The notes: generated from the letters alone by a model not told the origin. DNA of 64,000 nucleotides from Myxococcota bacterium (GCA_963674735.2 CAXXQS010000002.1:2308179-2372178); one strand, 5' to 3'; positions 18,452 to 28,899 are shown, counted from the stretch's first letter. Numbers and translations: made by a program.

Positions 18452-18787
18452 CTAGTCGGTTTCCGGTACTTCGGAATTGGTCTTTGTTTCGGTATCTGTT
18501 GTTTCGCGACAGAACGGCAGACCATATTCCGGGCAGAAGATTTCCTTTCTTGGTAATTGCCAGATCTCGGGCTGGGTTTCAACGCACATCAATTCCTCGG
18601 GTGTCATTTTACAATAAAGAAGCTTGTCATGTTCACCGAAGACGCGTTGAACTACCCAGACGTGGCCGTTAGTCGTCGGACTGATACTTTCATAAAACAT
18701 CCGATGCTCGGATGGTGCAGGAGATGCACAGTTGATCAGGCCAACAAGCGCGACTACCAGCAGAAGATGAAAGAGAAGTCTTCTCAT
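18452..18787 (-). CDS. Hypothetical small lipoprotein
   Basis: MRR plus hydrophobic stretch and lipobox LINC; four further Cys. Confidence 0.55.
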   Translation of the reverse strand: MRRLLFHLLLVVALVGLINCASPAPSEHRMFYESISPTTNGHVWVVQRVFGEHDKLLYCKMTPEELMCVETQPEIWQLPRKEIFCPEYGLPFCRETTDTETKTNSEVPETD

Positions 18788-18945
18788 AATTTCACCTGTT
18801 GTCGTGTTTGATAAACCATGACTACCAAAGTTTGGTCGTGGCGGCAACTCATAATGAATCGATGCCTGCGCTTCGGGCTTGGCGGACGGCCCAAGGTGTG
18901 CTACATAGGCAAGCCTGACTGTGTGACCGGAGGTATGTGCCACCC

Positions 18946-20022
18946 ATGTCCGTCATTCACGAATCGCCAGCCTCATCATCCGCCGTCGTTGCGGACAATG
19001 CCCTCGCGCGTCCTCTCGTTGTGCGCGGCGTGACGATCCCCAACCGCTTGTTTCTGGCCCCGGTGGACGGCATCTTCGATTACCCGGCGCGTGCCTTGGC
19101 CAAACGGCGCGGGGTGGGGCTGACCTGCTCCGAGATGGTCCCGGCCCAGGGACTGAAGTTCAATCGGGGTAAACTGCTGGTCAAATTCGATCGCTCCCCG
19201 GATGAGCGACCTTTTCAGGTGCAGCTCTCCGATCAGAATCCGGACTTGCTGGCGCGTATGGCCGCCGGGATCGAAGAACACGGTTACGGTGAACTGGTGG
19301 ACCTCAACATGGGGTGCCCGTCGCGCCTGGTTACCGCCAGCGGTCACGGGGCGGCGTTATTGAAAGACCCCGCGTTGATTCGCGAGATCGTCAAGTCCGT
19401 GCGGGCGGCGATCACGTTGCCGTTGTCGATCAAGATTCGCCTCGGCTGGGACGCCCACTCGATCAACGCGCTGGAGGTGGCGCGCATCGCGGAGGGCGAA
19501 GGGGCCGACTTCATCACCGTGCACGCACGCACGCGCGCTCAAGCCTTCGGCGGAAACGCGGATTGGTCGATGATTGCGGCGGTGAAACAGGCGGTCACGA
19601 TTCCGGTCGTGGGCAACGGCGACGTGAATTCAGCCGAATCCGCGCAGCGGATGCTACGCGAAACCGCTTGCGATGCGGTGATGGTGGCGCGCGCCGCCTT
19701 CGGCAATCCCTGGCTCATCGAGCGCATTCTCAGTGGGGACGATACGCGCCGCGGTTCCGCCGCCGAACGTCGCCAAGAGGTGTTCGCGCACCTGGCCTTG
19801 CAGTTCGAGTGGATAAAAAGCGAGCGCGTAGCGGTGCGACAGATGCGCAAACACCTGGCCTGGTATGTCAAATCGCTGCCCCACGCCGCTCGTTTTCGTC
19901 GGGAAGCGCTTATCATCCCCGACCGTGCCACCTTGGAGGCCTATCTCACGACCTATTTCGACGAACTCGAAGCCCGCGAAGCGGCGCGCCACGCGGAAAC
20001 GGAATCGACGCCATCCACGTAG
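18946..20022 (+). CDS. dusB: tRNA-dihydrouridine synthase (DusB-like)
   Basis: DLNMGCP, GAALL, KIRLGWD, TVHARTRAQ, NGDV and RKHLAWY motifs. Confidence 0.9.
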   Translation: MSVIHESPASSSAVVADNALARPLVVRGVTIPNRLFLAPVDGIFDYPARALAKRRGVGLTCSEMVPAQGLKFNRGKLLVKFDRSPDERPFQVQLSDQNPDLLARMAAGIEEHGYGELVDLNMGCPSRLVTASGHGAALLKDPALIREIVKSVRAAITLPLSIKIRLGWDAHSINALEVARIAEGEGADFITVHARTRAQAFGGNADWSMIAAVKQAVTIPVVGNGDVNSAESAQRMLRETACDAVMVARAAFGNPWLIERILSGDDTRRGSAAERRQEVFAHLALQFEWIKSERVAVRQMRKHLAWYVKSLPHAARFRREALIIPDRATLEAYLTTYFDELEAREAARHAETESTPST

Positions 20023-20128
20023 GCGTTTTTTCGAGTCGCTTGTTCGCGGCGGTCCACTCTGCTAAAATGGCGGCCCACGTTCGATTTCGAGTGCGGGAAA
20101 TGAATCTCCAACATGAATAGGAGCCTCG

Positions 20129-21415
20129 ATGCGGCCGCTCACGCTCATCCTGCTGTTTGGCTTTCTGATCGGACTGCTTGCTTGCAGTGGCGGTGCGGCT
20201 TCGTCGACGGCGGGCGATGAGGATCATTCGGACCTGGATCTCTATCCCTGGCCCGACGGCGATCGGAATCTGAACGGTGATGTGGAGGACCGTGACGGAG
20301 ATTCCGATGACGAGCGATTCGACCGCGACAGCCCGGATGGAGACATCGTTGATGGGGATGGCTTCGATGGTGAGCAGGACGTCGATTACGAACTGCCGCC
20401 ACCGGGAGATGTGTGCTTGGAGATCGACGGGCGGCTCGATCTCGGTTGCGATGGCGTGTTCGACCGTGCCTGCATCACGCGTCGCAGCGACATCCACGGT
20501 CGGGAGGTGGAATCCTGGCGCGATGATGACTGCGACGGCACACCCGACAGCTTCTGTTCCACCACAAGCTACGACGATGCCGCCCGCTCGACCTTGGAAA
20601 CCGCCGACGACGACTGCGACGGAGTCGCCGATCTGTGCACCACGCGTTTTTTCGATGCCTATGGGCGCGTGGAGCGGTTGGAGATCGATCAGGGCTGCCT
20701 GGCAGAGACGAGCGCATGCCAGTGGATCGGCTATCAGACCGCTTCGCAGGAACGCGCGAGCGGCTTCGACCAGGACTGCGATGGGACACTCGATAGCTTG
20801 TGCGTGTTCGAAACCTTCGATGCGGCCGGTTTGCTCATCCTTGAACGCGAGGAACCTGCCTGCGATGGGACTGCTCAACGTTGCTTGGCTTACTCCTACG
20901 ACGAGTGGGGAGGGTTGACGCGGCTTGTCCACGATGAGGGTTGCGATGGTTCGCCCGAAAACTGTTACGTGTTCACCAACGATGCCGCCGGGCGGGTGGT
21001 CTCCGAGGCGCGTGACATGGACTGCGACGATTCGCTCGACTTCGATTGCATCAGCCGTGCGTTCGACGAACAGGGGCGATTGGCGTCTGAATACCTGGAT
21101 GACGATTGCGATGGCACACCCGAGCATTGTACGGATGTGTCCAGCGATACCCAGGGGCGGCGCGTGGAAACACTGAGCGACTGCGGAGAACGGATTTGGG
21201 CCTGCATCACCCGCAGGCTGGATGCCGAGGGACGTCTGCTTGAGGTGCGGGACGACCGCGAATGTGATGACAGCAGCGATCCCAATGACCGTTGCGATAC
21301 CTACACTTACGACGCGGCCGGAAACCGGAGTGAACAAAGCACCGATCTTGCCTGCGACGGCGTCCCCGACGAATGCCGCGCTTGGAATTACGCGTGTTTT
21401 GCAGTCGCCGACTGA
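20129..21415 (+). CDS. Lipoprotein with a DGD linker and Cys-paired YD-like repeats
   Basis: Lipobox LLAC; about 12 repeats of ~27 aa, CDGxxxxC...(Y/F)DxxGR. Confidence 0.75.
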   Translation: MRPLTLILLFGFLIGLLACSGGAASSTAGDEDHSDLDLYPWPDGDRNLNGDVEDRDGDSDDERFDRDSPDGDIVDGDGFDGEQDVDYELPPPGDVCLEIDGRLDLGCDGVFDRACITRRSDIHGREVESWRDDDCDGTPDSFCSTTSYDDAARSTLETADDDCDGVADLCTTRFFDAYGRVERLEIDQGCLAETSACQWIGYQTASQERASGFDQDCDGTLDSLCVFETFDAAGLLILEREEPACDGTAQRCLAYSYDEWGGLTRLVHDEGCDGSPENCYVFTNDAAGRVVSEARDMDCDDSLDFDCISRAFDEQGRLASEYLDDDCDGTPEHCTDVSSDTQGRRVETLSDCGERIWACITRRLDAEGRLLEVRDDRECDDSSDPNDRCDTYTYDAAGNRSEQSTDLACDGVPDECRAWNYACFAVAD

Positions 21416-21430
21416 GGGAGAAAGCGACCC

Positions 21431-22948
21431 ATGACCCTTTCGGATAGAGAGCGTTTGCGCCTTGGTTGGTTGTGTCTGGTGCTGCTACTGCTGTGCGCGT
21501 GTTCCGATGAGGGTGATCGTCCCATCGATGGCGATAAAATGGCTTCTGATGGCGACGGGGATAGCTTCGATAATGACGCAACCGACGGCGACCGGGACGA
21601 GGTCGAAGAGGACGGGGAGGCGGAAGAAGAACGCGAGATCGATGTGGAAATTGATGAGGAGCCCGGCGAAACCTTCCCGCCCGAGTTGCAGACACCTCTG
21701 TTCGAGCGTGGTTTGATCTTACCTCCCAATTCGCTGCCCTGTACCCCGGTGGAAACGGGCGTGCCGCAAAACAATTGCAATCACCACGGATCGACCGTCA
21801 CCGAACTGGCCGACGGCACGGTGGCGGCGGTGTGGTATCACGGCGAATACGAGAAATCGCTCGATTCGCGCATCGTGTGGTCGCGCCTGGTTCCCGGGAC
21901 TACCGAGTGGTCGCCGGTGGAAGTGCTGTATGACGATCCCGAGCATTCCGACGGCAACCCGGCGGTGTGGACCCGCGAAGACGGCCGCTTGTACGTTTTC
22001 GTGGCGACTTTGTGGGAGGGAAGCTGGGACAGCGTTAAGCTGCGGATGGTGACGTCCGACGATGATGGGGCGAACTGGTCCGACCCGATGTTTTTACGCG
22101 AAGCCTATTGCTGGAACGCGCGTCATCGTCCCTTGCGGCTGGAAGACGGCCGTCTGCTTTTACCGCTGTATCAGGAATGTCTGGCTTTGCCTGTTTTCAT
22201 GCGTTCGGAAGATGATTTTGAGAGCCACTGGGAGGAACTCTACGATGCCACGGGAGAAAGTTTCCTCGATCACGTGGGTCAGATTCAACCGGCGCTGATT
22301 CGCCTCGGCGGCGGAGGCGTCGCCGCTTTGACGCGGGACGGTACGGCCGCCCATCGCATCCAGCGTATGGAAAGCTTCGATGGAGGTGAAAGCTGGACGC
22401 CGAGCACGCCGATCAACCTGCCCAACAGCGGAACGTCCATCGATCAGGTCCGTCTGCTCGACGGTCATGTGGTGGTGGTGTTCAACAACAGCCCCACGCT
22501 ACGTTTTCCGCTCACGGTAGCGCTGAGCCTCGACGAGGGCCGCACCTTTACAGCCATCCGCACGGTTAACGACGACTGTCCCGAAGGTGGCTGCTCCTTC
22601 CATTATCCGTCGATCATGCAGAGCAAACACGACGGAACCATCTGGATCACGTATACCCACAAGCGAGAAACCATCGGTTGGGTGCATTTCAACGAGGCCT
22701 GGCTGGCCCAAGGTGGCGAGCTTTCCCGCTTCTTCTGCCTGCCGGGTGAAGGCTGTGTCGATGGAACCTGCTATCCGGTCTGTGATGACGGGAACTGCGG
22801 CGACGACCGAAGCTGTGTGGCGGGTGTCTGTCGTCGGGTTTGCCCCTGCGAAGCGGATGAAAGCTGCGACAGCGGCGGCTATTGCGCTCCGATTCCCGCT
22901 CCGAACCGGGTAGATGTTCTGTGTCAGGGAGATTGGCTGGAACGTTGA
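21431..22948 (+). CDS. BNR/Asp-box sialidase-like beta-propeller lipoprotein with a Cys-rich C-terminus
   Basis: Lipobox LCAC; Asp boxes SDDDGANW, SFDGGESW and SLDEGRTF; YPS motif. Confidence 0.8.
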   Translation: MTLSDRERLRLGWLCLVLLLLCACSDEGDRPIDGDKMASDGDGDSFDNDATDGDRDEVEEDGEAEEEREIDVEIDEEPGETFPPELQTPLFERGLILPPNSLPCTPVETGVPQNNCNHHGSTVTELADGTVAAVWYHGEYEKSLDSRIVWSRLVPGTTEWSPVEVLYDDPEHSDGNPAVWTREDGRLYVFVATLWEGSWDSVKLRMVTSDDDGANWSDPMFLREAYCWNARHRPLRLEDGRLLLPLYQECLALPVFMRSEDDFESHWEELYDATGESFLDHVGQIQPALIRLGGGGVAALTRDGTAAHRIQRMESFDGGESWTPSTPINLPNSGTSIDQVRLLDGHVVVVFNNSPTLRFPLTVALSLDEGRTFTAIRTVNDDCPEGGCSFHYPSIMQSKHDGTIWITYTHKRETIGWVHFNEAWLAQGGELSRFFCLPGEGCVDGTCYPVCDDGNCGDDRSCVAGVCRRVCPCEADESCDSGGYCAPIPAPNRVDVLCQGDWLER

Positions 22949-23117
22949 GGTGGAATACGGATTCCCGCGTTATTTGAGTCATTTACATGCGATAACGAAC
23001 CATCCAACCTGGCGGCAAAGAAAAAAGGGGCGATTCCGTACCGATTTGATGTTTGACCAGCCGAAAAATTCATAGTATTTAGTGGTTATTGCAATCTTGT
23101 AAAAAATAGAGGCGAAG

Positions 23118-25796
23118 ATGAAATTGTGTACCTGCTGGGCTGTTGTTGTTTTCCTGCTGATTTTCTCATGCTGTGTCGGTTGTGGTTCCGATGTGAACGA
23201 TCCGGACGGAGATCGTTCGGACGGCGACGATCCCGACGGCGACGATCCCGATGGCGACGATCCCGATGGCGATGATCCCGATGGCGATGATCCGGACGGT
23301 GATGGTCCGGACGGCGACGACCCGGACGGCGATGAACCAGATGGTGACAATGACAGCGACGGCGATTCGGATTCCTCCGAGGAGACCGGGATCAATACGC
23401 CTATGGCCAGGAAGGTGACCACCCTGATCCATGTCGACGAGCCAACTTGGTTGTTGCCTGGTGTCAGCAGCGAAAAAATGGGCAGTATCCTGGATGACAA
23501 GGGCAGTGACACTCCTGGTGCTGAAATCGGACAGATTTTGGACCGCTTGATGACGGATCAGCCGAATGGGCGGTTGGTGGAGATCCAGTCCGGCGATGTG
23601 GACGCCGACGGAAAAGACGAAATCGTGGTGCTTAGCCTTTATACCGATCACGAAAATACCGAATATCGTTTCGACTTTCCCCGTATCACGCTCATCGATG
23701 ACCAGGATGCCGGATTTGCCGTCATCGGTACGATCGATAAAACGCCTTTCGAGGTAGATCCGCTTAACCCCGATTTTGATTCCTACCTTGCCATGGATCT
23801 GGCCTTGGGCAACCTCGATGACGATGATGCCCTGGAGATTATCGTTGTCGGCACCTACGGGCGGATTTCCATCAACAATTATTCAGGGAATGAGACGTTT
23901 CAGCATGCCAGTGTGATCGCTACCTTCGATGATGCCACCAACGCACTGGCACCCTTGGCCTTCAATGCCGAGGTGGGGGTCGACATGTTGAGCATGCATG
24001 TCGATACCGGAGACGTCGATCATGACAACCGCGACGAAATCATCGTCGTTGCCAAGGGAAAGAATGGTTACGTCAAAGCCTGGGCTTTGGACGATCATGT
24101 GCAGGCATACGCTGAACTCCATCTCTGGCACAATCTCGATGACCAGGTTTTTACCAACACCAGTGGGCTGCCGAATCTGGTCTGTGGAGATTTCGACGGC
24201 GACGGTCTTGATGAAATCACCTTCGGAGCTGTCGCTCAATCTGGCTACTGCCGCTTGCAAACGCGTGTTTTCGATGATGCCCTCCAAGGATTCGCCTACA
24301 TGGAAGGAAAGTATATCGAAGACTGCCCGAATAGAATCTGGAATAGGTACATTCCCTTGCAGCTTGCCGCCGCGGATTTCGATGGCAATGGCAAGGACGA
24401 TGTCATCATTGCGGTTCACGATGTCTACTACGACGATCGTGGCTGGTCTCTGTTTTATTTTCGACCCGACCGAGATGACTCGGGAATCATCGAAACCGAA
24501 AGATTGGGCAAGCCCAATGGAGAATTTTTTGCGCGAACCCCGTTCGACATGCTTCCCGGCGGCTTCCATCTGGCCGTCGGCGATTTCAATCGCGACCGCC
24601 GGGACGATGTCTTTGCCATCTATCATCGCTATAATGAGGGGGGGATTTGGGGCCGCGATTTGAATGAGGATGACGAGTCCGTAATTGAGGGATTTGATGC
24701 CAAACGATGGTTTTTCGACGATGCGAATTTCATTGTCGACGATGAATGGAGTTGGGATCTTCCTGAAAGCCTACCCTACGGGACTGCGATTCAGCCTCTG
24801 GTGGGGCTGGGCGATTTAGACGGCGACAGCATGGTTGTCCGCTACACGGGAGAGAAATGGCTGGCCATGAGCGAGCCGCGTATCGTGGTGGCAATGGCCA
24901 TGCCGCCGGGCTGGGCTTCTATTCCCCAGGACAACAAAAACAATACTTGGGTTGGTTACGGACAGGTTCGGGAGGAGTCCAACTCCGAGTCCAACGAAAT
25001 CGCCATGTCGGCTTCCGTGACGATGAGCATGGAAGCGTCCGATCCTTTCGGGATCGTGTCGGCCTCGGCCTCCACTTCTTTGAAGGAGGAACTGGCCAAA
25101 ACGACCACCGTGACCAAAACGACCAGCACGGGCGTCAAGCGCATTGGTAATTGGGCACCGGATGATTTGGATAATTTCGTGATCTATACCGCGACGGAGT
25201 ACGAGCGGTTTCAGTATGAGATTATCACGCATGAAGACTCGGACAAGATCGGAACCTTGCTGACCATCGATGTTCCGGTTGAAACCAACACCTATAAAAA
25301 GACCGTCACGGCTTTCAACGAACAAAACGGCGACTATCGCGATATCGGTGCGGAAACCTTCGGTCATACGGTTGGTGACCCGTCCAGCTATCCCACCGAG
25401 ACCGAACGTGACGCCATACTCGCCGCCTATACGGGCTGGATTACCCCCGCTTCAAGCGAACCCTTATATTCGATTGGGGAAACTTCAGCAGGTGGCACGG
25501 AAGTGTTTATCTCCATGAGTGAAGAAAACGCCGAGGCCGAGGCGCGCACTCTCGGGGTCGAGGTGTCGGCGGGATTTTCGGTGGGAGGGGTCGGAGTGGA
25601 AACCACGGTTGGCCTCAGCAACACGAGTATCTACGAAATCGCCATTGCGGAATCCACGGAGTATGTTGGTAGCGTAGGGGATATACCAAGCAGTGATTAC
25701 ATGGATTACAACTATGGCTTCGGTATGTTCGTTTATAATTTCGAGCGCGATGACGGGGTAAAATACCAGGTTATCAACTGGTGTGTGGAAGAGTAG
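23118..25796 (+). CDS. Lipoprotein with a (PDGDD)n linker, FG-GAP/VCBS repeats and a Ser/Thr-rich beta C-terminal domain
   Basis: Lipobox CVGC; about 7 GDxDGDGxDE-type repeats. Confidence 0.8.
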   Translation: MKLCTCWAVVVFLLIFSCCVGCGSDVNDPDGDRSDGDDPDGDDPDGDDPDGDDPDGDDPDGDGPDGDDPDGDEPDGDNDSDGDSDSSEETGINTPMARKVTTLIHVDEPTWLLPGVSSEKMGSILDDKGSDTPGAEIGQILDRLMTDQPNGRLVEIQSGDVDADGKDEIVVLSLYTDHENTEYRFDFPRITLIDDQDAGFAVIGTIDKTPFEVDPLNPDFDSYLAMDLALGNLDDDDALEIIVVGTYGRISINNYSGNETFQHASVIATFDDATNALAPLAFNAEVGVDMLSMHVDTGDVDHDNRDEIIVVAKGKNGYVKAWALDDHVQAYAELHLWHNLDDQVFTNTSGLPNLVCGDFDGDGLDEITFGAVAQSGYCRLQTRVFDDALQGFAYMEGKYIEDCPNRIWNRYIPLQLAAADFDGNGKDDVIIAVHDVYYDDRGWSLFYFRPDRDDSGIIETERLGKPNGEFFARTPFDMLPGGFHLAVGDFNRDRRDDVFAIYHRYNEGGIWGRDLNEDDESVIEGFDAKRWFFDDANFIVDDEWSWDLPESLPYGTAIQPLVGLGDLDGDSMVVRYTGEKWLAMSEPRIVVAMAMPPGWASIPQDNKNNTWVGYGQVREESNSESNEIAMSASVTMSMEASDPFGIVSASASTSLKEELAKTTTVTKTTSTGVKRIGNWAPDDLDNFVIYTATEYERFQYEIITHEDSDKIGTLLTIDVPVETNTYKKTVTAFNEQNGDYRDIGAETFGHTVGDPSSYPTETERDAILAAYTGWITPASSEPLYSIGETSAGGTEVFISMSEENAEAEARTLGVEVSAGFSVGGVGVETTVGLSNTSIYEIAIAESTEYVGSVGDIPSSDYMDYNYGFGMFVYNFERDDGVKYQVINWCVEE
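23202..23351 (+). repeat. 15-bp tandem repeat, about 10 copies, encoding PDGD(D/E/G)
   Basis: ccc/ccg-gay-ggc-gay-gay units are directly visible. Confidence 0.9.
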
Positions 25797-25905
25797 AATC
25801 GCTTTTCCTAGATCCGTGAACCCGAGTTCGTCGCCAAACTACCGAGCAGGTCGGTTGTTTTCTAGGCTGTGTTGATGATGGGGGCCGATCCCGCCTGCCG
25901 GATCT

Positions 25906-27120
25906 CTAACCTGTGATCAGCCGTTCGTTATCCAACTGGCGGTGGCGCAGGAACAAAATCAGCGGGATGGCCGATAGCAGCACGAACGTGTTCGCCAGCC
26001 AGTATAGATGCTCGATCGGCAGCAGGTCGCTGGCTGCGCCGGTGAGGATGCCGCCCGTAAAACCGCCCAGGCCGATAACCAGGCTGGCCCATAGCGTCTG
26101 GTAGCTGTTGCGCATATGGGGTGGAGCCTGACTGGCGACCAGCCGGGTTCCCACGATGTAGAACAGAGCGAAGCCCAGGCTGTGCAGGGTTTGTGCGGCG
26201 AGAATCAGCCAGATCGGGGCGGCCAGGGCGAAGATCGTGTAGCGCAAAAGCGAGGAGAACAGAATCGCCCCGAAAAGGGTGGGTAGGCGGAAGTGCCGGA
26301 TCAGGCGGTTGGACACCAGAAACAAGAAGAATTCAACCAGCGTTGAAATCGCCCAGCCGATACCGATCCACAGGCCGACGTTATCGAATCCTTGGCGGAC
26401 AAGCATTTCCTTTAAAAATACGCTGAACAGGTGCATGTAAGGGATGAAGCTGATCCAATAAAGCATGCCGAAAAGGAAAAACAGCAGCAACCCCTGTTTG
26501 CGCACCGAGGCCAGGATGCGAAAGATATTGAGCGGTACCCGACTACCGGCGCGGTCTTCGTCGGCACCGGTGTCGTCGACGAACCAGACCGCGATTCCGG
26601 TAAGCCATAGGGCCACCGGAATGACGAACATCAGCGATTCGAGCGGTACCCATTCCAGAATCGCTCCTCCCAAAAGCGTCGTGATGAGAAAAGTCAGCGT
26701 TCCCATTGCGCGGGCGGTGGCGAATTGCGCCCGGATGTTGCGCAAGGAGATGGCATCGAGGGTGGGAATGACGGGGGTGGCGAACAGGGAAAAGACGAGC
26801 ATTCCACCGATCAGCCAATAGCCCTCGGGGTGGCGTGAAAAAACGAGAAATACCGCTCCCGACACCGTCAACAGGACGGTCAGCGTGATACGGCGATTGA
26901 GTACGCGGTCCATCAAGTAACCCCAGATGGGCGGGGCGAAGAAGGCCACCAAGGGAAACAGTGAGAAAACCCAGGTTGCAAAACGTCGACTGTTGCCCGC
27001 TTCCACCAAGTATAAAACAAAATAGGGAATCAAAATACCCCAGGAGACGAAGAACAGGCCGTACAACCACATAAAGGGTATCAGGCGAGGCGCGGAAGTG
27101 GTTGGTGCGGTCGGGGTCAC
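25906..27120 (-). CDS. MFS transporter (nucleoside:H+ symporter/HcaT-like)
   Basis: About 12 TM segments; PPIWGYLMDR, RAMGT and QTLHSLGFAL motifs. Confidence 0.8.
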   Translation of the reverse strand: MTPTAPTTSAPRLIPFMWLYGLFFVSWGILIPYFVLYLVEAGNSRRFATWVFSLFPLVAFFAPPIWGYLMDRVLNRRITLTVLLTVSGAVFLVFSRHPEGYWLIGGMLVFSLFATPVIPTLDAISLRNIRAQFATARAMGTLTFLITTLLGGAILEWVPLESLMFVIPVALWLTGIAVWFVDDTGADEDRAGSRVPLNIFRILASVRKQGLLLFFLFGMLYWISFIPYMHLFSVFLKEMLVRQGFDNVGLWIGIGWAISTLVEFFLFLVSNRLIRHFRLPTLFGAILFSSLLRYTIFALAAPIWLILAAQTLHSLGFALFYIVGTRLVASQAPPHMRNSYQTLWASLVIGLGGFTGGILTGAASDLLPIEHLYWLANTFVLLSAIPLILFLRHRQLDNERLITG

Positions 27121-27384
27121 GGTCCCTCCATTGAAATTGGCATGAAAATCCGGTCGATTCGACCGGAAACCACGCCATCATACTCCGAGCTTTTCCGATT
27201 GCAACGGATATTGTCCGCCAGTCGAGCTGCGGGAAACAACGAATTGTCTCCTCCGCGGATCGGTACGTCTGTCCATTGCGCAGGGTCGAACCGAAAAGGC
27301 AGCAGGTTGTCCGGTGCCGCTCGGCAGGCAAGATCCGGATTTTGGCCATCCTATTCCATCCAGTCGCGGTGCAAGCCGTAAAAG

Positions 27385-27413
27385 TGTCGGGGAGTTGAAA
27401 AAACATGGGGTCC
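27385..27413 (+). promoter_or_regulatory. Putative sigma70 promoter of the POT transporter gene
   Basis: TTGAAA followed by a TGn-extended TACAAG -10-like element. Confidence 0.3.
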
Positions 27414-27562
27414 GTGCTACAAGAGACAAACCGTAGAAAGACCTCGCACCCCGTATGGTGTGAACCGGAAGCGGCGATACCCGAAAACCGAACGTCCGTT
27501 GCCACACGGTCGGGGCAAGCTCCCCTCCCCAAACGGACCCCCATAGAAAGGACCGACAGCTC

Positions 27563-28870
27563 ATGAGTGATGCGGCCATTCCCCGAGGTTTCAACGGCCA
27601 TCCCAAAGGTCTTTTCCTGCTCTTCGGCGTCGAGGCCTGGGAGCGCTTCAGCTATTACGGCATGCGTGCGCTGCTGGTGCTTTATATGACCAAAGTGCTC
27701 ATGTTCTCCACCGAACAGGCGGGCAGTGTCTACGGCTGGTATACGGGGCTGGTTTACCTCACTCCGCTGGTCGGCGGCTATATTGCCGACCGCTACCTGG
27801 GGCAGCGCAAATGCATTTTCATCGGCGGGCTTTTAATGGCGTTGGGACATTTCGCCATGGCCTTCCCGCCGCTACCGTTTTTCTACAGCGCCTTGATTCT
27901 GTTGATTCTCGGCAATGGCTTTTTCAAACCCAACATTTCCACTGTTGTGGGACAGCTTTACGAAAAAGACGATCCGCGCCGCGACGGCGGCTTCACCATT
28001 TTCTACATGGGTATCAACCTGGGGGCTTTCTTTTCTCCGCTGGTTTGCGGGTATCTGGGTGAAAAAATCGCTTGGCACCTGGGTTTCGGTGCGGCGGGCG
28101 TGGGTATGGTGCTTGGTTTGGTGATGTACTCCATCTGGGGACCGAAGTTTCTGGGTGATAAGGGGACTCGACCTGTGGGAGCCCCTAAAAATGAAAAAGG
28201 CGAGAGTGAACCGCTGACGCGCGAGGAAAAGCACCGCATTGCCGTCATTTTCATCATGGCTTTTTTCGTGATTTTCTTTTGGGCGTCCTTCGAACAGGCG
28301 GGCAGTTCGCTGACCTTGTTCGCCGACCGTTCCACCAATCGCATGATTCCCTTCCTCAACTGGGAGTTCCCCACGAGTTGGTTCCAGTCGGTCAATCCGC
28401 TGTTGATCTTTCTGTTGGCTCCGTTGTTTTCGAAAATCTGGATCGACCTCGCCCGCTCCAAGCGTGAGCCGTCGAGTCCGATGAAGTTCGTCATCGGCTT
28501 GAGCCTGCTGGCGATCGGCTTCGTGGTGATGGTCGCTGCTGCCGCCGTGTACGAGGCTTCGGGCCCGGTGAGCATGCTCTGGTTGCTGGGAGCTTACCTG
28601 CTGCACACGCTGGGTGAACTGTGCCTCTCGCCGGTGGGCTTGTCGCTGGTGACCAAGCTGGCCCCGGCCACCTTCGGTTCGTTGTTGATGGGCATCTGGC
28701 TGGCTTCCAGCGCCGCAGCCAATCTGGTGGCGGGGCTGTTTGCGGGTAATTACGACACCATGGAGCACACCACCTTCTTCGCCATCCCGGTCGCCACGGC
28801 GGGCGGTGCGGCACTGGTGTTACTCTTGTTCAAGGGCCCCATTCGTCGTCTGATGCACGGCGTGCACTGA
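27563..28870 (+). CDS. POT/PTR family di-/tripeptide:H+ symporter
   Basis: EAWERFSYYGM, GGYIADRYLG, GNGFFKPN, FYMGINLG and ELCLSPVGLS motifs. Confidence 0.95.
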   Translation: MSDAAIPRGFNGHPKGLFLLFGVEAWERFSYYGMRALLVLYMTKVLMFSTEQAGSVYGWYTGLVYLTPLVGGYIADRYLGQRKCIFIGGLLMALGHFAMAFPPLPFFYSALILLILGNGFFKPNISTVVGQLYEKDDPRRDGGFTIFYMGINLGAFFSPLVCGYLGEKIAWHLGFGAAGVGMVLGLVMYSIWGPKFLGDKGTRPVGAPKNEKGESEPLTREEKHRIAVIFIMAFFVIFFWASFEQAGSSLTLFADRSTNRMIPFLNWEFPTSWFQSVNPLLIFLLAPLFSKIWIDLARSKREPSSPMKFVIGLSLLAIGFVVMVAAAAVYEASGPVSMLWLLGAYLLHTLGELCLSPVGLSLVTKLAPATFGSLLMGIWLASSAAANLVAGLFAGNYDTMEHTTFFAIPVATAGGAALVLLLFKGPIRRLMHGVH

Positions 28871-28899
28871 GACGCGGTTCCGGTTACACTTCAAACACG

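Noticed and set aside
20129-21415. Rhs polymorphic toxin
   Set aside because: Lacks the PxxxxDPxG core, toxin tip and immunity gene; it is a short lipoprotein.
27420-27480. c-di-GMP-I riboswitch-like GCAAA/GAAA words
   Set aside because: The flanks do not pair into the required stems.
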